From Clostridium sp. (GTDB lineage Bacteria; Bacillota; Clostridia; Oscillospirales; Acutalibacteraceae): 64,000 nucleotides of DNA. The notes under the pieces are model-generated. The model had not been told where the DNA came from. It saw only the letters and a program-made list of their open reading frames with translations, and did not search any database. This document shows positions 1-9,873 of the stretch, piece by piece (the first letter of the stretch is position 1; every line of letters starts with the position of its first letter). The DNA is taken from assembly GCA_031272895.1 (NCBI GenBank), contig JAISSW010000016.1:159098-223097 (forward strand), given 5' to 3'. A program made the position numbers and the translations under genes.

Positions 1-234
1 GCCCTCGTCCGGCGCAAGCAGATTGCTGCCGTTGCCCAAGAAAAACACCGGCATTCCGCTTTCCCTGCAAAGCGACAGCGCAAGGCGAAGCTCTCCCTCG
101 CTTTTTGGGAAAAGCATAAGCTCGGCAGGTCCGCCTATTTTAAAGCTGGTATATTCACTCAGCCGCGCCCCTTGACGCAGCTCAAGCCCCGCCGCCCCGG
201 CAGCTTTAATGATATTCTCTGAGCCGTTGGACAT
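1..234 (-). CDS. murB: UDP-N-acetylenolpyruvoylglucosamine reductase MurB, N-terminal part (gene continues beyond the left edge)
   Basis: My reverse translation from the ATG at 232-234 gives MSNGSENIIKAAGAAGLELRQGARLSEYTSFKIGGPAELMLFPKSEGELRLALSLCRESGMPVFFLGNGSNLL. The YTSFKIGGPA and FxLGxGSNLL stretches are typical of the MurB FAD-binding N-terminus. The gene is absent from the ORF track because it is truncated. Confidence 0.75.
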   Translation of the reverse strand, partial: MSNGSENIIKAAGAAGLELRQGARLSEYTSFKIGGPAELMLFPKSEGELRLALSLCRESGMPVFFLGNGSNLLAPDEG

Positions 235-300
235 GGTTTCTTCTCTCCACACATTTTGTTAAGGATAAGTATACACCATACGCGGCGGGAATTGCAACGC

Positions 301-654
301 CTACGCGCCCTTTATCCACTGCGCCCACAGCTCCGGGCAGTAGCCTATGCTCGCCGCCTTGCCGCAGCGGACTATCGGCGTGCGGTAAAGCTCCGGGTGT
401 TCAAAAAGTGCCTGCTCAACGGCGTCCTCACCCGCTAAGTATGCCACAAAATATTTTTCGTATGCCTTTCCCTTGTCGTCAATCAGCGTTTTTATCTCTC
501 CGCCCAGCGCCGCCCGCACGGAGCGGTATTCCCCCATGCTCAGGCCCTTGCGCAAAATATCCAGCTCATGCACCCTTACGCCTCGCTCCTTGAAGTAGCG
601 AAGCGCCTTTTTTGTGTCAAAGCATTTGCTTTTGCCGAAGATTTGTACTTCCAT
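301..654 (-). CDS. ArsC/Spx-family (YffB-like) thioredoxin-fold protein, 117 aa
   Basis: This is the internal start MEVQIFGKSKCFDTKKALRYFKERGVRVHELD of track ORF 301..1023. The IxGxxxCxxxKKAxxxF pattern is typical of the ArsC family. The upstream part of the track ORF overlaps radC and is not credible. Confidence 0.65.
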   Translation of the reverse strand: MEVQIFGKSKCFDTKKALRYFKERGVRVHELDILRKGLSMGEYRSVRAALGGEIKTLIDDKGKAYEKYFVAYLAGEDAVEQALFEHPELYRTPIVRCGKAASIGYCPELWAQWIKGA

Positions 655-670
655 TTTCTCCTCCCAATGA

Positions 671-1363
671 TTATATAAAAAGTCCCGCGTAGCGCCTGTC
701 CTTTGCCATGGACGTAAGCTCATTATCCGCAAAAATAACGTGGTCACAAAGGCGAACCCTAAGCTCTTTGAGCAGGCGGGCGGCGCGGCGTGTCGCCTCC
801 ACGTCCTCCGCGGACGCCTCTGTGCTGCCGCCGGGGTGGTTGTGCGCCAGAACCACCGCCGCCGCATTGTGCCGCAGCACCTGCTCCGCCAAAAAGCGCA
901 GGTCAAAGCCGGCGGAGTTGCTGCTGCCATGCTGAAATTCGCAGGTGCTTTGCAGCCTGCCGGCGGAATCAAGGCAAAGCAGCAGGGGCTGCTCAAGCTT
1001 AACCCCCGTGTAGCGTGCCGCAAGGTGTGACCTTAAGGCGCGCGAATCCAGAATAAGCGGGTGCGCCGGCTCCCTTTCCATAGCGTAACGCCGGGCAAGC
1101 TGTGGCAGCAGGCGCAGCAGCACGGTGGCGTTATCCGTCATACCGGGGACGGAGCGCAAAGCTTCGTGGGAGCTTTCGAAGATTCTGCGCAGCGAACCAA
1201 AGCGCGTCAATAAATCGTGCGCAAGGGCATTCGTGTCCTTGCGCGGGATTGCGTAGAACAGCAGCAGCTCCAAAACCTGATGTGACGCAAAGCCGCTCAA
1301 GCCCTCTTTCAAAAAGCGTTCCCGTACCCGCAGGCGGTGGTTTTCGTGCATATTTTCAGGCAT
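671..1363 (-). CDS. radC: RadC-family JAMM/MPN+ protein
   Basis: 230 aa with an N-terminal HhH-like region (HQVLELLLFYAIPRKDTNALAHDLLTRFGSL). The C-terminal JAMM motif is AHNHPGGSTEASAEDVEAT. Confidence 0.85.
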   Translation of the reverse strand: MPENMHENHRLRVRERFLKEGLSGFASHQVLELLLFYAIPRKDTNALAHDLLTRFGSLRRIFESSHEALRSVPGMTDNATVLLRLLPQLARRYAMEREPAHPLILDSRALRSHLAARYTGVKLEQPLLLCLDSAGRLQSTCEFQHGSSNSAGFDLRFLAEQVLRHNAAAVVLAHNHPGGSTEASAEDVEATRRAARLLKELRVRLCDHVIFADNELTSMAKDRRYAGLFI

Positions 1364-1482
1364 TCTTTTCTCCCTTCCTCTCGCCCGTGACCGTGCAGGA
1401 GAACGCTTTTTTGGGGGGCTGGTTTTTTAGCCCTTGGTGGAAAACACGGTGGAAAGATTGTTAATAACCCACGCCCCCAGGC

Positions 1483-1511
1483 TTGACTTTACTGAGGCAA
1501 AGTATTATAAT
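1483..1511 (+). promoter_or_regulatory. Sigma-A type promoter of the dcw cluster (TTGACT-17 bp-TATAAT)
   Basis: TTGACT at 1483-1488 and TATAAT at 1506-1511 with an exact 17-bp spacer, about 85 nt upstream of the mraZ ATG. Confidence 0.6.
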
Positions 1512-1594
1512 AGTCAGCAATAGGGAAGATTAGTCGCGAATAGTTTCTAAAAAGCAACTCCAAAGTGAAGCTTAAATAGAAAGGGGGATGGGGA

Positions 1595-2047
1595 ATGATT
1601 CCGTTCTGGGGGACTTCCGAGCATAGCTTGGACGGACAAAACCGCCTGCTGATTCCAAAGGACCTGCGACCGCTGCTTGGCGAGAGCTTTTACGTTTTCA
1701 GCCCCGTCCTCTCCGCCGGCAGCACACTGCCGCACCTTGTTGCTATGCCGGAAGCCAAGTACGAAAACTATATCAGGCGCGTGCGCGGCAGCTACGAAGG
1801 GCAGCTGCGCGACAGGCTGCTGCGCAAGCTTTCCGCCAACGTGCAAACCTGCTCTACGGACAGCGCCGGGCGCGTTTCCCTGAGCGAGGGTCTGCGTGAG
1901 TTTGCCGGGCTGAACGGCAAGGTATTGATTGTTGGCGTGGGCGACAGGCTGGAGCTTTGGAATCCCGAGCGCTTTGACGAGGACATAGCACGGGAGCCCG
2001 ACGGCGACGACGAAACAGGGGGCGTTCCCTTGGACGACGACACATGA
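1595..2047 (+). CDS. mraZ: Transcriptional regulator MraZ
   Basis: 150 aa. The N-terminus is GTSEHSLDGQNRLLIPKDLR and the second half-domain is STDSAGRVSLSEGLREFAGL (duplicated SpoVT/AbrB-like MraZ repeats). It is the first gene of the dcw cluster, with RBS GGGGGA. Confidence 0.85.
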   Translation: MIPFWGTSEHSLDGQNRLLIPKDLRPLLGESFYVFSPVLSAGSTLPHLVAMPEAKYENYIRRVRGSYEGQLRDRLLRKLSANVQTCSTDSAGRVSLSEGLREFAGLNGKVLIVGVGDRLELWNPERFDEDIAREPDGDDETGGVPLDDDT

Positions 2048-2961
2048 GCGGCTTCACACACGTCCCCGTCCTTTTGGACGAGTGCATGAGTGCGCTGCGG
2101 GTGCGCGAGGGCGGATTATACATGGACTGCACCGCCGGCTTGGGCGGGCATTCGTCACAAATCCGCGCGCTTGGCGGCAGGCTGCTTTGCGTTGACCGTG
2201 ACGAGCAGGCAATCGCGGCGCTGCAAAAGCTTTTCGGGGCTGATTCCAACGTAACAATTATACACGCTAATTTCTTTGATTGCAAGCGCTTTTTGGCGGA
2301 ACTGGGGATTTCTTCCTTGGACGGTATACTGCTTGACCTTGGGGTGAGCAGCCTGCAGTTAGACGACGCGGGAAGGGGCTTCAGCTATAACAAGGACGCG
2401 CCGTTGGATATGCGCATGGGTGCCGCCGGACAAACTGCCGCCGATGCCGTAAACAGCCTTGACGAGCAAATGCTGACCGGCATACTTACCCGCTACGCGG
2501 ACGAGCCCTTCGCCCGCCGCATTGCCAAGGCTATCATCTTAGCGCGGCAATGGGAGCCGATTACCACCACGCTGCGCCTTGCGGATATTGTGCGCGACGC
2601 GGTTCCGGCGGCGGCACGGCGCGACGGGCACCCGGCCCGCAGGACCTTCCAGGCACTGAGGATTTACGTCAACGGCGAAATCGACCGCCTGCCGGATGCG
2701 CTGGACGAGCTGTTTGGCTTTTTAATCCCCGGCGGCAGACTTGCCTGTATATCCTTCCACAGCTTAGAGGACAGGATAGTAAAGCAGTTTATCGCCCGTC
2801 AATGCAAGGGCTGCACCTGCCCGCCGGATTTTCCAAGCTGTGTTTGCGGCAAAACCCCAAGGGGGCGCAAGCTTGGCAAGCCACGCACCGCAAGCCACGA
2901 GGAGCTTGGGCAAAACCCGCGCAGCCGCTCCGCAAAGCTGCGGGTAATAGAAAGACTTTAG
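2044..2961 (+). CDS. rsmH: 16S rRNA (cytosine1402-N4)-methyltransferase RsmH
   Basis: 305 aa with HVPVLLDE at the N-terminus and the motifs DCTAGLGGHS and LLDLGVSSLQLD. A 4-nt ATGA overlap with mraZ. Confidence 0.9.
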   Translation: MSGFTHVPVLLDECMSALRVREGGLYMDCTAGLGGHSSQIRALGGRLLCVDRDEQAIAALQKLFGADSNVTIIHANFFDCKRFLAELGISSLDGILLDLGVSSLQLDDAGRGFSYNKDAPLDMRMGAAGQTAADAVNSLDEQMLTGILTRYADEPFARRIAKAIILARQWEPITTTLRLADIVRDAVPAAARRDGHPARRTFQALRIYVNGEIDRLPDALDELFGFLIPGGRLACISFHSLEDRIVKQFIARQCKGCTCPPDFPSCVCGKTPRGRKLGKPRTASHEELGQNPRSRSAKLRVIERL

Positions 2962-3002
2962 CTTAAATTTACATACAATCATTTGTTAAACAGGAGGTTA
3001 AC

Positions 3003-3425
3003 ATGGCACAGATTTATTACGACCGCAACGCGGCACGCAAAATTGAACCGAGAGGCACGGCCGCGCCCAATCGGCGTCCGCTGCAGCCGCAGCCCCAGCG
3101 CCGCCCTACGCCCGTTCCAAGGGCTGTTCCCAGCGCGACGCCGGAGAATATACGCATTACCTCGCAGCGCCGTGTAGCCGCCGTTTTGATTGCGATTGCG
3201 CTGGTTTTGGCGTGGGCGGTTCCCTCTATTATTGCGGACGCAAGCGCGGAGCAGAGAGCCTCCGCCTTTGCCAAGCTGGAGAGCGACTACGCCACGGCGT
3301 TGCAGGAAAATGTGCGCCTTAAGAACGAGGTAGCGCTTGCAATACCTGAGGACGAGGCCTATGACACGGCAATTGCAGAATACGGCATGGTTCGCGCGAC
3401 GGAGGACCCGGTCATTTTAGACTGA
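3003..3425 (+). CDS. FtsL-like cell division protein (single TM plus coiled coil)
   Basis: 140 aa with a basic Pro-rich N-terminus, one TM segment (VAAVLIAIALVLAWAV) and then a heptad-like region. The call rests on its position between rsmH and the PBP gene. Strong RBS AGGAGG. Confidence 0.55.
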   Translation: MAQIYYDRNAARKIEPRGTAAPNRRPLQPQPQRRPTPVPRAVPSATPENIRITSQRRVAAVLIAIALVLAWAVPSIIADASAEQRASAFAKLESDYATALQENVRLKNEVALAIPEDEAYDTAIAEYGMVRATEDPVILD

Positions 3426-3486
3426 GTAATAACGCGCCGCAAAAACTGCATATTTATGGCGGGATTAACTATTGGGAGGGCTGCTT

Positions 3487-5865
3487 ATGCCACGGAGCAG
3501 ACGCGGCAATGCGCTGGACATCAGCATAAAACGCGCAAACACCGTCAAGTGGGTTATGTTTGTGCTTGGCTTTTTGGGCATTGCGGTCAGCCTTTGGTGC
3601 AAGGCGATCGTTCGCGGCGACGAATACCGCGCAAAGGCTGAGGAAAATCAGCTGCAGGACAGCGAAATAAGCCCTGCCCGCGGCAAAATTTATGATTCCA
3701 ACATGGAGCTTTTGGCAGAAAGCACCTCCGCAAAGATGGTTATTTGCTGGCCAAGCAAGTTCTTGGAAATCGCCGATGAGGACGAGCGCCTTTCCATTAT
3801 GACGGCCATAAGCAATGAGCTTGCCCCGCTGATTAACTCTACTCCGGAGTCTGTGCTTAGCAAGCTTAAGCTGACCGATAATCAATCCCTTAAGCTGCGC
3901 GAGCACGCGGAGAATCCCGTAAGCGAAGCGGTGAGCGATTACATTTTCGGTAAGGCGGCGACGGAAACAGCGGAGAAACAGCCCGCCGCGAGTTTCAAAT
4001 ACACAAAGACAGATTCAAAAACGGGAGAAGTATACCAAGCCACCTTTTACGCCTCCACCGTAATAGGTCTTGACCCGGACACCAAGCGCTATTACCCCAA
4101 GGGCAGCTTTGCCTCAAGCCTAATCGGCTTCACCGGCACGGACGACACGGGGCTCGCGGGCTTGGAACACCAGTTCAACGATGTGCTGGCCGGGATTCCC
4201 GGAAGAAAAACCGCCTCTAAGAACTCCTTGGGCGGTGATTTGAACACAGCCTACGACAGCTACACCGACCCGGTTCAGGGGCATTCGCTTGTGCTGACGC
4301 TTGACGCTACAATCCAGCGCTACCTTGAGCGTGAGCTTAAGCAGGCGCAGAAGGATACTCAAGCCGCCGCCACCTACGGCATAGTAATGGAGGTGCAGAC
4401 CGGGGCTATATTGGCAATGGCGGGCACCCCGAGCTATGACCTTAATGACCCATTTACCATTACGGATACCCGAGTGCTGGATAAGCTTAACGCAATGAAG
4501 GACAGCACGGAAAAGGCGCAGGCAGAAACGAATGCCCGGTACGATATGTGGAAGAACCACGCCATTACGGACACCTACTACCCCGGCTCCGTGTTCAAGT
4601 GCATAACCGCCGCCATGGCGTTGGAGGAGGGCACTTGGGACTTGGACGACACCTACACAGACACGGGCAGCATTAAAATCGGCGGCAAAACCTACCATTG
4701 CCACAAGGCAGGCGGACACGGCACGCAGGACTTCACTCAGGCGCTGAGCAATTCCTGCAACCCGTATTTTGTTTCCGTTGGGCAAAGCGTGGGTGTGCAA
4801 AAATTCTCAGATTACTTTGAGGGCTTTGGCTTCACGGAGCAGACCGGCTTTTACCCCTATGCCGAGGCAACGCCAAGGGCGGGCATTACCTACTATGCCC
4901 GCGACAAAATGAGCGTGGTTGACCTTGCGTCGGCGTCCTTCGGGCAGTCCTTTAAGGTTACGCCGCTGCAAATGCTTACGGCAATCAACGCAATCGCAAA
5001 CGGCGGCAAGCTAATGCAGCCCTACATAGTCGCCCGCGAGTTAGACGAAAACGGCAATACCGTTTCCAAAACGGAGCCTGTGGTCAAGCGGCAGGTAATA
5101 TCCGCAGAAACCGCCGCCAAGGTCACCGCAATGATGGAGCAGGTGGTTGTTAACGGCACGGGCAAAAACGGTTATGTGCCGGGTTACCACGCCGCGGGCA
5201 AAACCGGCACCAGCCAAAAGATGGAAAACGGTGAGCATGACGGCAAGTATGTGGCGTCATTTGTGTGCTTTGCCCCGGCGGATGACCCGAAAATTGCAAT
5301 CCTTATAACAATTGACGAGCCGGTGGGGGCTTACAACGGCAGCCAAATCGCCGCTCCGGTTGCCGAGCGTGTGATGGAGGATTCGCTGATTTACCTGAAC
5401 GTGCCCCCAAAATACACGGAGGCTGAAAAGGCTGAATACTTCAACGAGGTCCCTGATGTTCAGGGCAAAAGCCTTGCGGACGCAAAGGCTGCAATAAACG
5501 ACGCCCACCTTACAGTCCGAGTTGTGGGCGACGGCAAGACTGTGGTTTCCCAGGTGCCGGCAAGCGGGGAGCATTTGTACAGGGACGGCTTGGTTTTGCT
5601 TTACACAACAAAAGACGCCAAGGAACAAACCACTACCGTGCCGGACTTCTTAAATAAGTCCCCGGCGCAGGCAAAGGCGCTTGCGGCAAGTGCCGGGCTT
5701 AACTTAAAGTACGCCGCAAACCTTATTGCCGGCGGGCGCGACGTTCCAAAGGCATACCGGCAGGACTTGAGTCCGGGGCTGGAGGTTCCGCAGGGCAGAA
5801 CGGTAACGGTTTATTTTAAGTCATATTTAAGCGACGCGGATTACACGCCATACTTTGTTGATTAG
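3487..5865 (+). CDS. Class B penicillin-binding protein (FtsI/PBP2B/SpoVD type) with two C-terminal PASTA domains
   Basis: Motifs SVFK (SxxK), SNSCN (SxN) and KTGT (KTG). Two PASTA-like repeats follow (VPDVQGKSLADAKAAI... and VPDFLNKSPAQAKALA...). I prefer the ATG at 3487 (RBS GGGAGGG 6 nt upstream) over the track TTG at 3472. Confidence 0.85.
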   Translation: MPRSRRGNALDISIKRANTVKWVMFVLGFLGIAVSLWCKAIVRGDEYRAKAEENQLQDSEISPARGKIYDSNMELLAESTSAKMVICWPSKFLEIADEDERLSIMTAISNELAPLINSTPESVLSKLKLTDNQSLKLREHAENPVSEAVSDYIFGKAATETAEKQPAASFKYTKTDSKTGEVYQATFYASTVIGLDPDTKRYYPKGSFASSLIGFTGTDDTGLAGLEHQFNDVLAGIPGRKTASKNSLGGDLNTAYDSYTDPVQGHSLVLTLDATIQRYLERELKQAQKDTQAAATYGIVMEVQTGAILAMAGTPSYDLNDPFTITDTRVLDKLNAMKDSTEKAQAETNARYDMWKNHAITDTYYPGSVFKCITAAMALEEGTWDLDDTYTDTGSIKIGGKTYHCHKAGGHGTQDFTQALSNSCNPYFVSVGQSVGVQKFSDYFEGFGFTEQTGFYPYAEATPRAGITYYARDKMSVVDLASASFGQSFKVTPLQMLTAINAIANGGKLMQPYIVARELDENGNTVSKTEPVVKRQVISAETAAKVTAMMEQVVVNGTGKNGYVPGYHAAGKTGTSQKMENGEHDGKYVASFVCFAPADDPKIAILITIDEPVGAYNGSQIAAPVAERVMEDSLIYLNVPPKYTEAEKAEYFNEVPDVQGKSLADAKAAINDAHLTVRVVGDGKTVVSQVPASGEHLYRDGLVLLYTTKDAKEQTTTVPDFLNKSPAQAKALAASAGLNLKYAANLIAGGRDVPKAYRQDLSPGLEVPQGRTVTVYFKSYLSDADYTPYFVD

Positions 5866-5875
5866 GGGAACGACA

Positions 5876-7318
5876 GTGCAGCTACAGCAGCTTTTTGATT
5901 GGTATGACGGCAGGCTGCCCGCCTTTGACGGCGAGATAACAGGCCTTACCGACAGGCTTGAGCGGCTAAGGCCGGGCAACCTGTTTGTTTGCATAAAGGG
6001 CAGGCACTTTGACGGTCACGTCAACGCACAGGCGGCGCTGGAGAACGGCGCGGCATTTGTGGTTACCCGACAGGATTTGGGGTTAGAGCGGCAAATTATC
6101 GTGCAGGACAGCAGGGCGGCTATGTCGCTGCTTTGCGCCGCATGGCATGGATACCCCGCTCGCAGGCTTAAACTAATCGGCATAACGGGCACCAACGGAA
6201 AAACCAGCACCGCCTTTTTGCTGCGGGATATTCTTGAGGCGGCGGGCGAAAAAACAGGGCTAATCGGCACGGTGCAGGGTTCAAGCGACAACGCCGAACC
6301 CTCTTTCACAACGCCGGAGCCGTTTTTGTTCCAGTATTTACTAAAGAGCATGGCGGATAAGGGCTGCACCCATTGCGTGGCGGAGATTTCCTCTCAGGCG
6401 CTTGAACAGCGGCGAACGGCGGGGCTTCCTTTTGCCGCGGCGGTGTTCACCAACCTCACTCAGGACCACCTTGATTACCACGGCAGCATGGAAGAGTACC
6501 GCGCGGTGAAGCGCTGCCTTTTGTCCGACGCCGCGCTGTGCGTCATTAACCTTGACGACCCCTCGGCGGAATATATGGCACAGGCCTCCTTGCGCCGCAC
6601 GGTGAGCTATTCCCTGCGCCTTGACGAGGCGGACTACACCGCAAAGAACCTGGCTCAGGGCCTTGACGGTGTTCGCTTTGACGCCGTTGCGCTGGGGAAA
6701 ATAACACGGCTGCGCCTGCAAACACCGGGGCGCTTTTCCGCGCAGAACGCCCTTGCCTCCCTTGCCGCAGCCGTGGAGCTTGGCGTTGATTTTTCCGCGG
6801 CGGCGCAGGCCCTTTCCCATTCAAAGGGCATACCCGGCAGGCTTGAGAGAGTGCCGACGGATACCCCCTACCGTGTTTATATTGACTACGCACATACCCC
6901 GGACGCCCTTGAAAACGTACTGACCACACTGCGCGAATGCAATCCAAGCCGCCTGCTTTTGCTTTTTGGCTGCGGCGGCGACCGCGACAAAAGCAAGCGT
7001 CCTCAAATGGGGCGCATAGCCGCCGAGCTTGCGGACGAAGTTTTTTTGACCAACGACAATCCGCGCACGGAGGAGCCGGGGGCCATTATCGGCGAGGTGT
7101 TAGCCGGGGTTAGGCAGCGGCGGCGCGGCAAGGTTCATGTTGAGCCGGACAGGGCGCTGGCGATTGCCCAAGCGTTGAAATCCGCACGCGAGGGTGATAT
7201 AATTTTGCTTGCGGGCAAAGGGCATGAGGACTATCAGCTGCTTTCCGCGGGCAAAATACACTTCGACGAGCGGGAAATAGTCCGCCGAGCACTGCTCCCT
7301 GCCGCAAACGACCAATAA
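5876..7318 (+). CDS. murE: UDP-N-acetylmuramoyl-L-alanyl-D-glutamate--2,6-diaminopimelate ligase MurE
   Basis: GITGTNGKTS P-loop and a Mur ligase fold. The DNPR motif (LTNDNPRTEEP) is characteristic of meso-DAP-adding MurE. The start is either GTG 5876 (RBS AGGGGA) or the track TTG 5855. Confidence 0.85.
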   Translation: MQLQQLFDWYDGRLPAFDGEITGLTDRLERLRPGNLFVCIKGRHFDGHVNAQAALENGAAFVVTRQDLGLERQIIVQDSRAAMSLLCAAWHGYPARRLKLIGITGTNGKTSTAFLLRDILEAAGEKTGLIGTVQGSSDNAEPSFTTPEPFLFQYLLKSMADKGCTHCVAEISSQALEQRRTAGLPFAAAVFTNLTQDHLDYHGSMEEYRAVKRCLLSDAALCVINLDDPSAEYMAQASLRRTVSYSLRLDEADYTAKNLAQGLDGVRFDAVALGKITRLRLQTPGRFSAQNALASLAAAVELGVDFSAAAQALSHSKGIPGRLERVPTDTPYRVYIDYAHTPDALENVLTTLRECNPSRLLLLFGCGGDRDKSKRPQMGRIAAELADEVFLTNDNPRTEEPGAIIGEVLAGVRQRRRGKVHVEPDRALAIAQALKSAREGDIILLAGKGHEDYQLLSAGKIHFDEREIVRRALLPAANDQ

Positions 7319-7336
7319 AAGAAAGGACCTCCCGTC

Positions 7337-8386
7337 ATGTCAACCTACTCCGATTTGATTCTTTTTTCAGCCCTTATCGCCGTCATTGCTTTTTCTGTGA
7401 CCGCACTTTTGGGCTTTGTCCTAATACCCTGGCTGCGCAAGCTTAAAATAGGGCAAACCATACTTGACATAGGTCCAAGCTGGCACAAAAGCAAGGAAGG
7501 CATACCCACAATGGGCGGGATTATGTTTGTTGCGGGCAGCGTAATCGCAATAATAATCTTCGTCGTCCTTGCGTCCGCCTTCCAAAGCGGCGGCTTTCTT
7601 CAAAACCTTTCCGGCATTCTCCGCAAAAACGCGGAGCTGTTCATCGGCATACTGATGGCCTTGCTTTTCGGTCTTGTCGGCTTCCTCGACGACTACATTA
7701 AGGTGGTAAAAAAGCGCAACAAGGGTCTGGGGGTGCGGCAAAAAACCGTCCTCCAGGTTCTAATCATTTCCGGCTACCTTGTTGCCCTTTGGTTCATAAA
7801 AAACGGCGCAGTGCAAATGTGGGTTCCCTTTGCGGGCATGGTCACAATGCCTGCGTGGGCTTTCTTCCCCTTTGGCTTTGGTGTGCTTTACGCCGCAACG
7901 AACGCTGTCAACTTTACAGACGGCATTGACGGGCTTTGCTCCTCCGTCACGGCGACGGCGGCGGCGGCGTTCACAGTCCTTGCCATTGCCGTTAGCCGAA
8001 TGAGCTTCGTCGCCTCCTCCGCGCTTTTGGGCGCCTGCCTTGGCTTTTACTGTTGGAACCGTAAGCCCGCCAAGGTCTTCATGGGCGACACAGGCTCGAT
8101 GTTCCTTGGTGGTATGGTCGTCGCCCTTGCGTACGCCCTTAACGCCCCGATTATCCTGCTGTTTTTCGGGCTGATTTATGTCATAGAGGGGCTTTCGGAC
8201 GTGCTTCAGATAGGCTACTTCAAGCTGACGCACGGCAAGCGGATTTTTAAGATGGCTCCCATACACCACCATTTTGAGATGAGCGGCTGGAGCGAAAAAA
8301 AGATAGTTGCGGTGTTTTGCGCCGTCAACCTGATTGGAGTTGCCGCGGGCTTCTTGCTGCTTAAATACTGCGGCTATGATTTTTAG
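7337..8386 (+). CDS. mraY: Phospho-N-acetylmuramoyl-pentapeptide transferase MraY
   Basis: 349 aa polytopic membrane protein with the motifs GFLDDYIKV, NAVNFTDGIDGL and FMGDTGS, and a HHHFE loop. Confidence 0.9.
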   Translation: MSTYSDLILFSALIAVIAFSVTALLGFVLIPWLRKLKIGQTILDIGPSWHKSKEGIPTMGGIMFVAGSVIAIIIFVVLASAFQSGGFLQNLSGILRKNAELFIGILMALLFGLVGFLDDYIKVVKKRNKGLGVRQKTVLQVLIISGYLVALWFIKNGAVQMWVPFAGMVTMPAWAFFPFGFGVLYAATNAVNFTDGIDGLCSSVTATAAAAFTVLAIAVSRMSFVASSALLGACLGFYCWNRKPAKVFMGDTGSMFLGGMVVALAYALNAPIILLFFGLIYVIEGLSDVLQIGYFKLTHGKRIFKMAPIHHHFEMSGWSEKKIVAVFCAVNLIGVAAGFLLLKYCGYDF

Positions 8387-8430
8387 TCGGCGCTTGTATA
8401 GGTAAAAGACACGGGCAAAGGAGGGAGAAA

Positions 8431-9804
8431 ATGAGAAATCGCGGAGCCGCAAACGCAAGGGAATACCGCGCGCCGGAGGACACACTGCTTTATCGGGTCA
8501 CCCCGCACCTGACAAAGCACCCGTTCTTTACCTTTAGCAGCAATGAGGCTAACCTTTGGAGCTGGTTAAGAGCCTTCAAGGCTCAGCCAAGCGTGGACGG
8601 CTTCTTCCTGTGCCTTGTTTTGGGGCTGCTTGCCTTTGGGCTGGTGATGATGTTCTCCGCCGGCTACGTTGACGCCCAAACGCACGAGGGTAACGCCTAT
8701 GCCTATATTCTCCCGCAGGCAAAGAATGCCCTATTGGGGCTTGTCGTAATGTTCATAATCTCCAACATCAACCCTAAGGTCTTCCGGGATTTTGCGTATA
8801 TTGCGCTGGCTGTTTCCGTTGTGCTGCTTGTTGTGGTGCTGTTCTACCACACAAACCTTGGTGAAAACCGTGAGCAAATCGCGCGTTTTATTGCCATTGG
8901 CGGCATTAGCTTCCAGCCCTCCGAGGTTGCAAAGCTTGGGCTGATTATGTTCTGCGCGGCGGATATGGCCGCGCGGCGAGATATAATAATGGGGCGGCTT
9001 ACCCCTCCCTCTCCCCTGCCCGCCTACGGTATGGCAAGGCTTAAGACTAAAGCCAAAAACCTTGCGCGCGGAGCTTGGGAGAGCTGCAGCTCGGTTGGGG
9101 TTTATGCCGTTGTGATTGGCGGAGTAAGCGGTCTTGTTTTTTTGGAAAAGCACCTCTCCGGCACAATACTGCTGCTTGTTATCGGTTTGGTTATGATGTG
9201 GCTGGGCGGCGTTAAATGGTATTGGTTTTTGGTTCCTATCGGCGCTATAGTTCTGTTTGCCGTCGCCTACTGGGTGGGCGTTGGATTTGTAAGAAAGCTT
9301 TTTGACGACTATATGCTGGAGCGGATTGTGGCGTGGTTGGATAAGGACTACGACCCGCTGGGTAAGCGCTGGCAGGTGAACCAGTCGCTTTACGCAATAG
9401 GCTCGGGGGGGCTGAAAGGGCTTGGCTTTGGACAAAGCCAGCAAAAGCATCTTTATGTTTCCGAACCTCACAACGACTTTATTTTTGCAATAATATGCGA
9501 GGAATTGGGCTACCTCGGCGCAATAGCAATAATGCTGCTGTTTGTTTTGCTGGTGCGCCAGGGCTTTGTGATTGCCCAGCGCCAGCGCGGGGAGGGTAAG
9601 CACTTTAACTCCCTGCTGTGCATGGGGATTTGCTTCCAGGTTGGGCTGCAAACGGCGCTGAACATTGCCGTGGTCACGGACACAATACCAAACACGGGTA
9701 TTGGGCTGCCCTTCTTCAGCTACGGCGGCACATCCCTGATTATTCTGCTGGCGGAGATGGGCATTGTGCTGTCCTGCTCACGTTATATGAGAAAGAAGCG
9801 CTGA
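8431..9804 (+). CDS. ftsW: SEDS-family peptidoglycan polymerase FtsW/SpoVE/RodA
   Basis: 457 aa polytopic protein. It carries SEDS motifs (FQPSEVAKL, HNDFIFAIICEELG, PNTGIGLPFFSYGGTS). RBS AAAGGAGGG. Confidence 0.85.
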   Translation: MRNRGAANAREYRAPEDTLLYRVTPHLTKHPFFTFSSNEANLWSWLRAFKAQPSVDGFFLCLVLGLLAFGLVMMFSAGYVDAQTHEGNAYAYILPQAKNALLGLVVMFIISNINPKVFRDFAYIALAVSVVLLVVVLFYHTNLGENREQIARFIAIGGISFQPSEVAKLGLIMFCAADMAARRDIIMGRLTPPSPLPAYGMARLKTKAKNLARGAWESCSSVGVYAVVIGGVSGLVFLEKHLSGTILLLVIGLVMMWLGGVKWYWFLVPIGAIVLFAVAYWVGVGFVRKLFDDYMLERIVAWLDKDYDPLGKRWQVNQSLYAIGSGGLKGLGFGQSQQKHLYVSEPHNDFIFAIICEELGYLGAIAIMLLFVLLVRQGFVIAQRQRGEGKHFNSLLCMGICFQVGLQTALNIAVVTDTIPNTGIGLPFFSYGGTSLIILLAEMGIVLSCSRYMRKKR

Positions 9805-9821
9805 CGGCGTCAATAACTAAA

Positions 9822-9858
9822 CAAAGCCCCCGCCACAGCGGAGGCTTTGCTGTTTTTG
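9822..9858. terminator. Bidirectional intrinsic terminator between ftsW and the small ORF
   Basis: The 12-bp stem CAAAGCCCCCGC/GCGGAGGCTTTG has one mismatch and a 4-nt loop. A T-run follows on the plus strand (CTGTTTTTGTG) and TTTGTTT follows on the minus strand. Confidence 0.6.
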
Positions 9859-9873
9859 TGCCTACTGTTTTGA

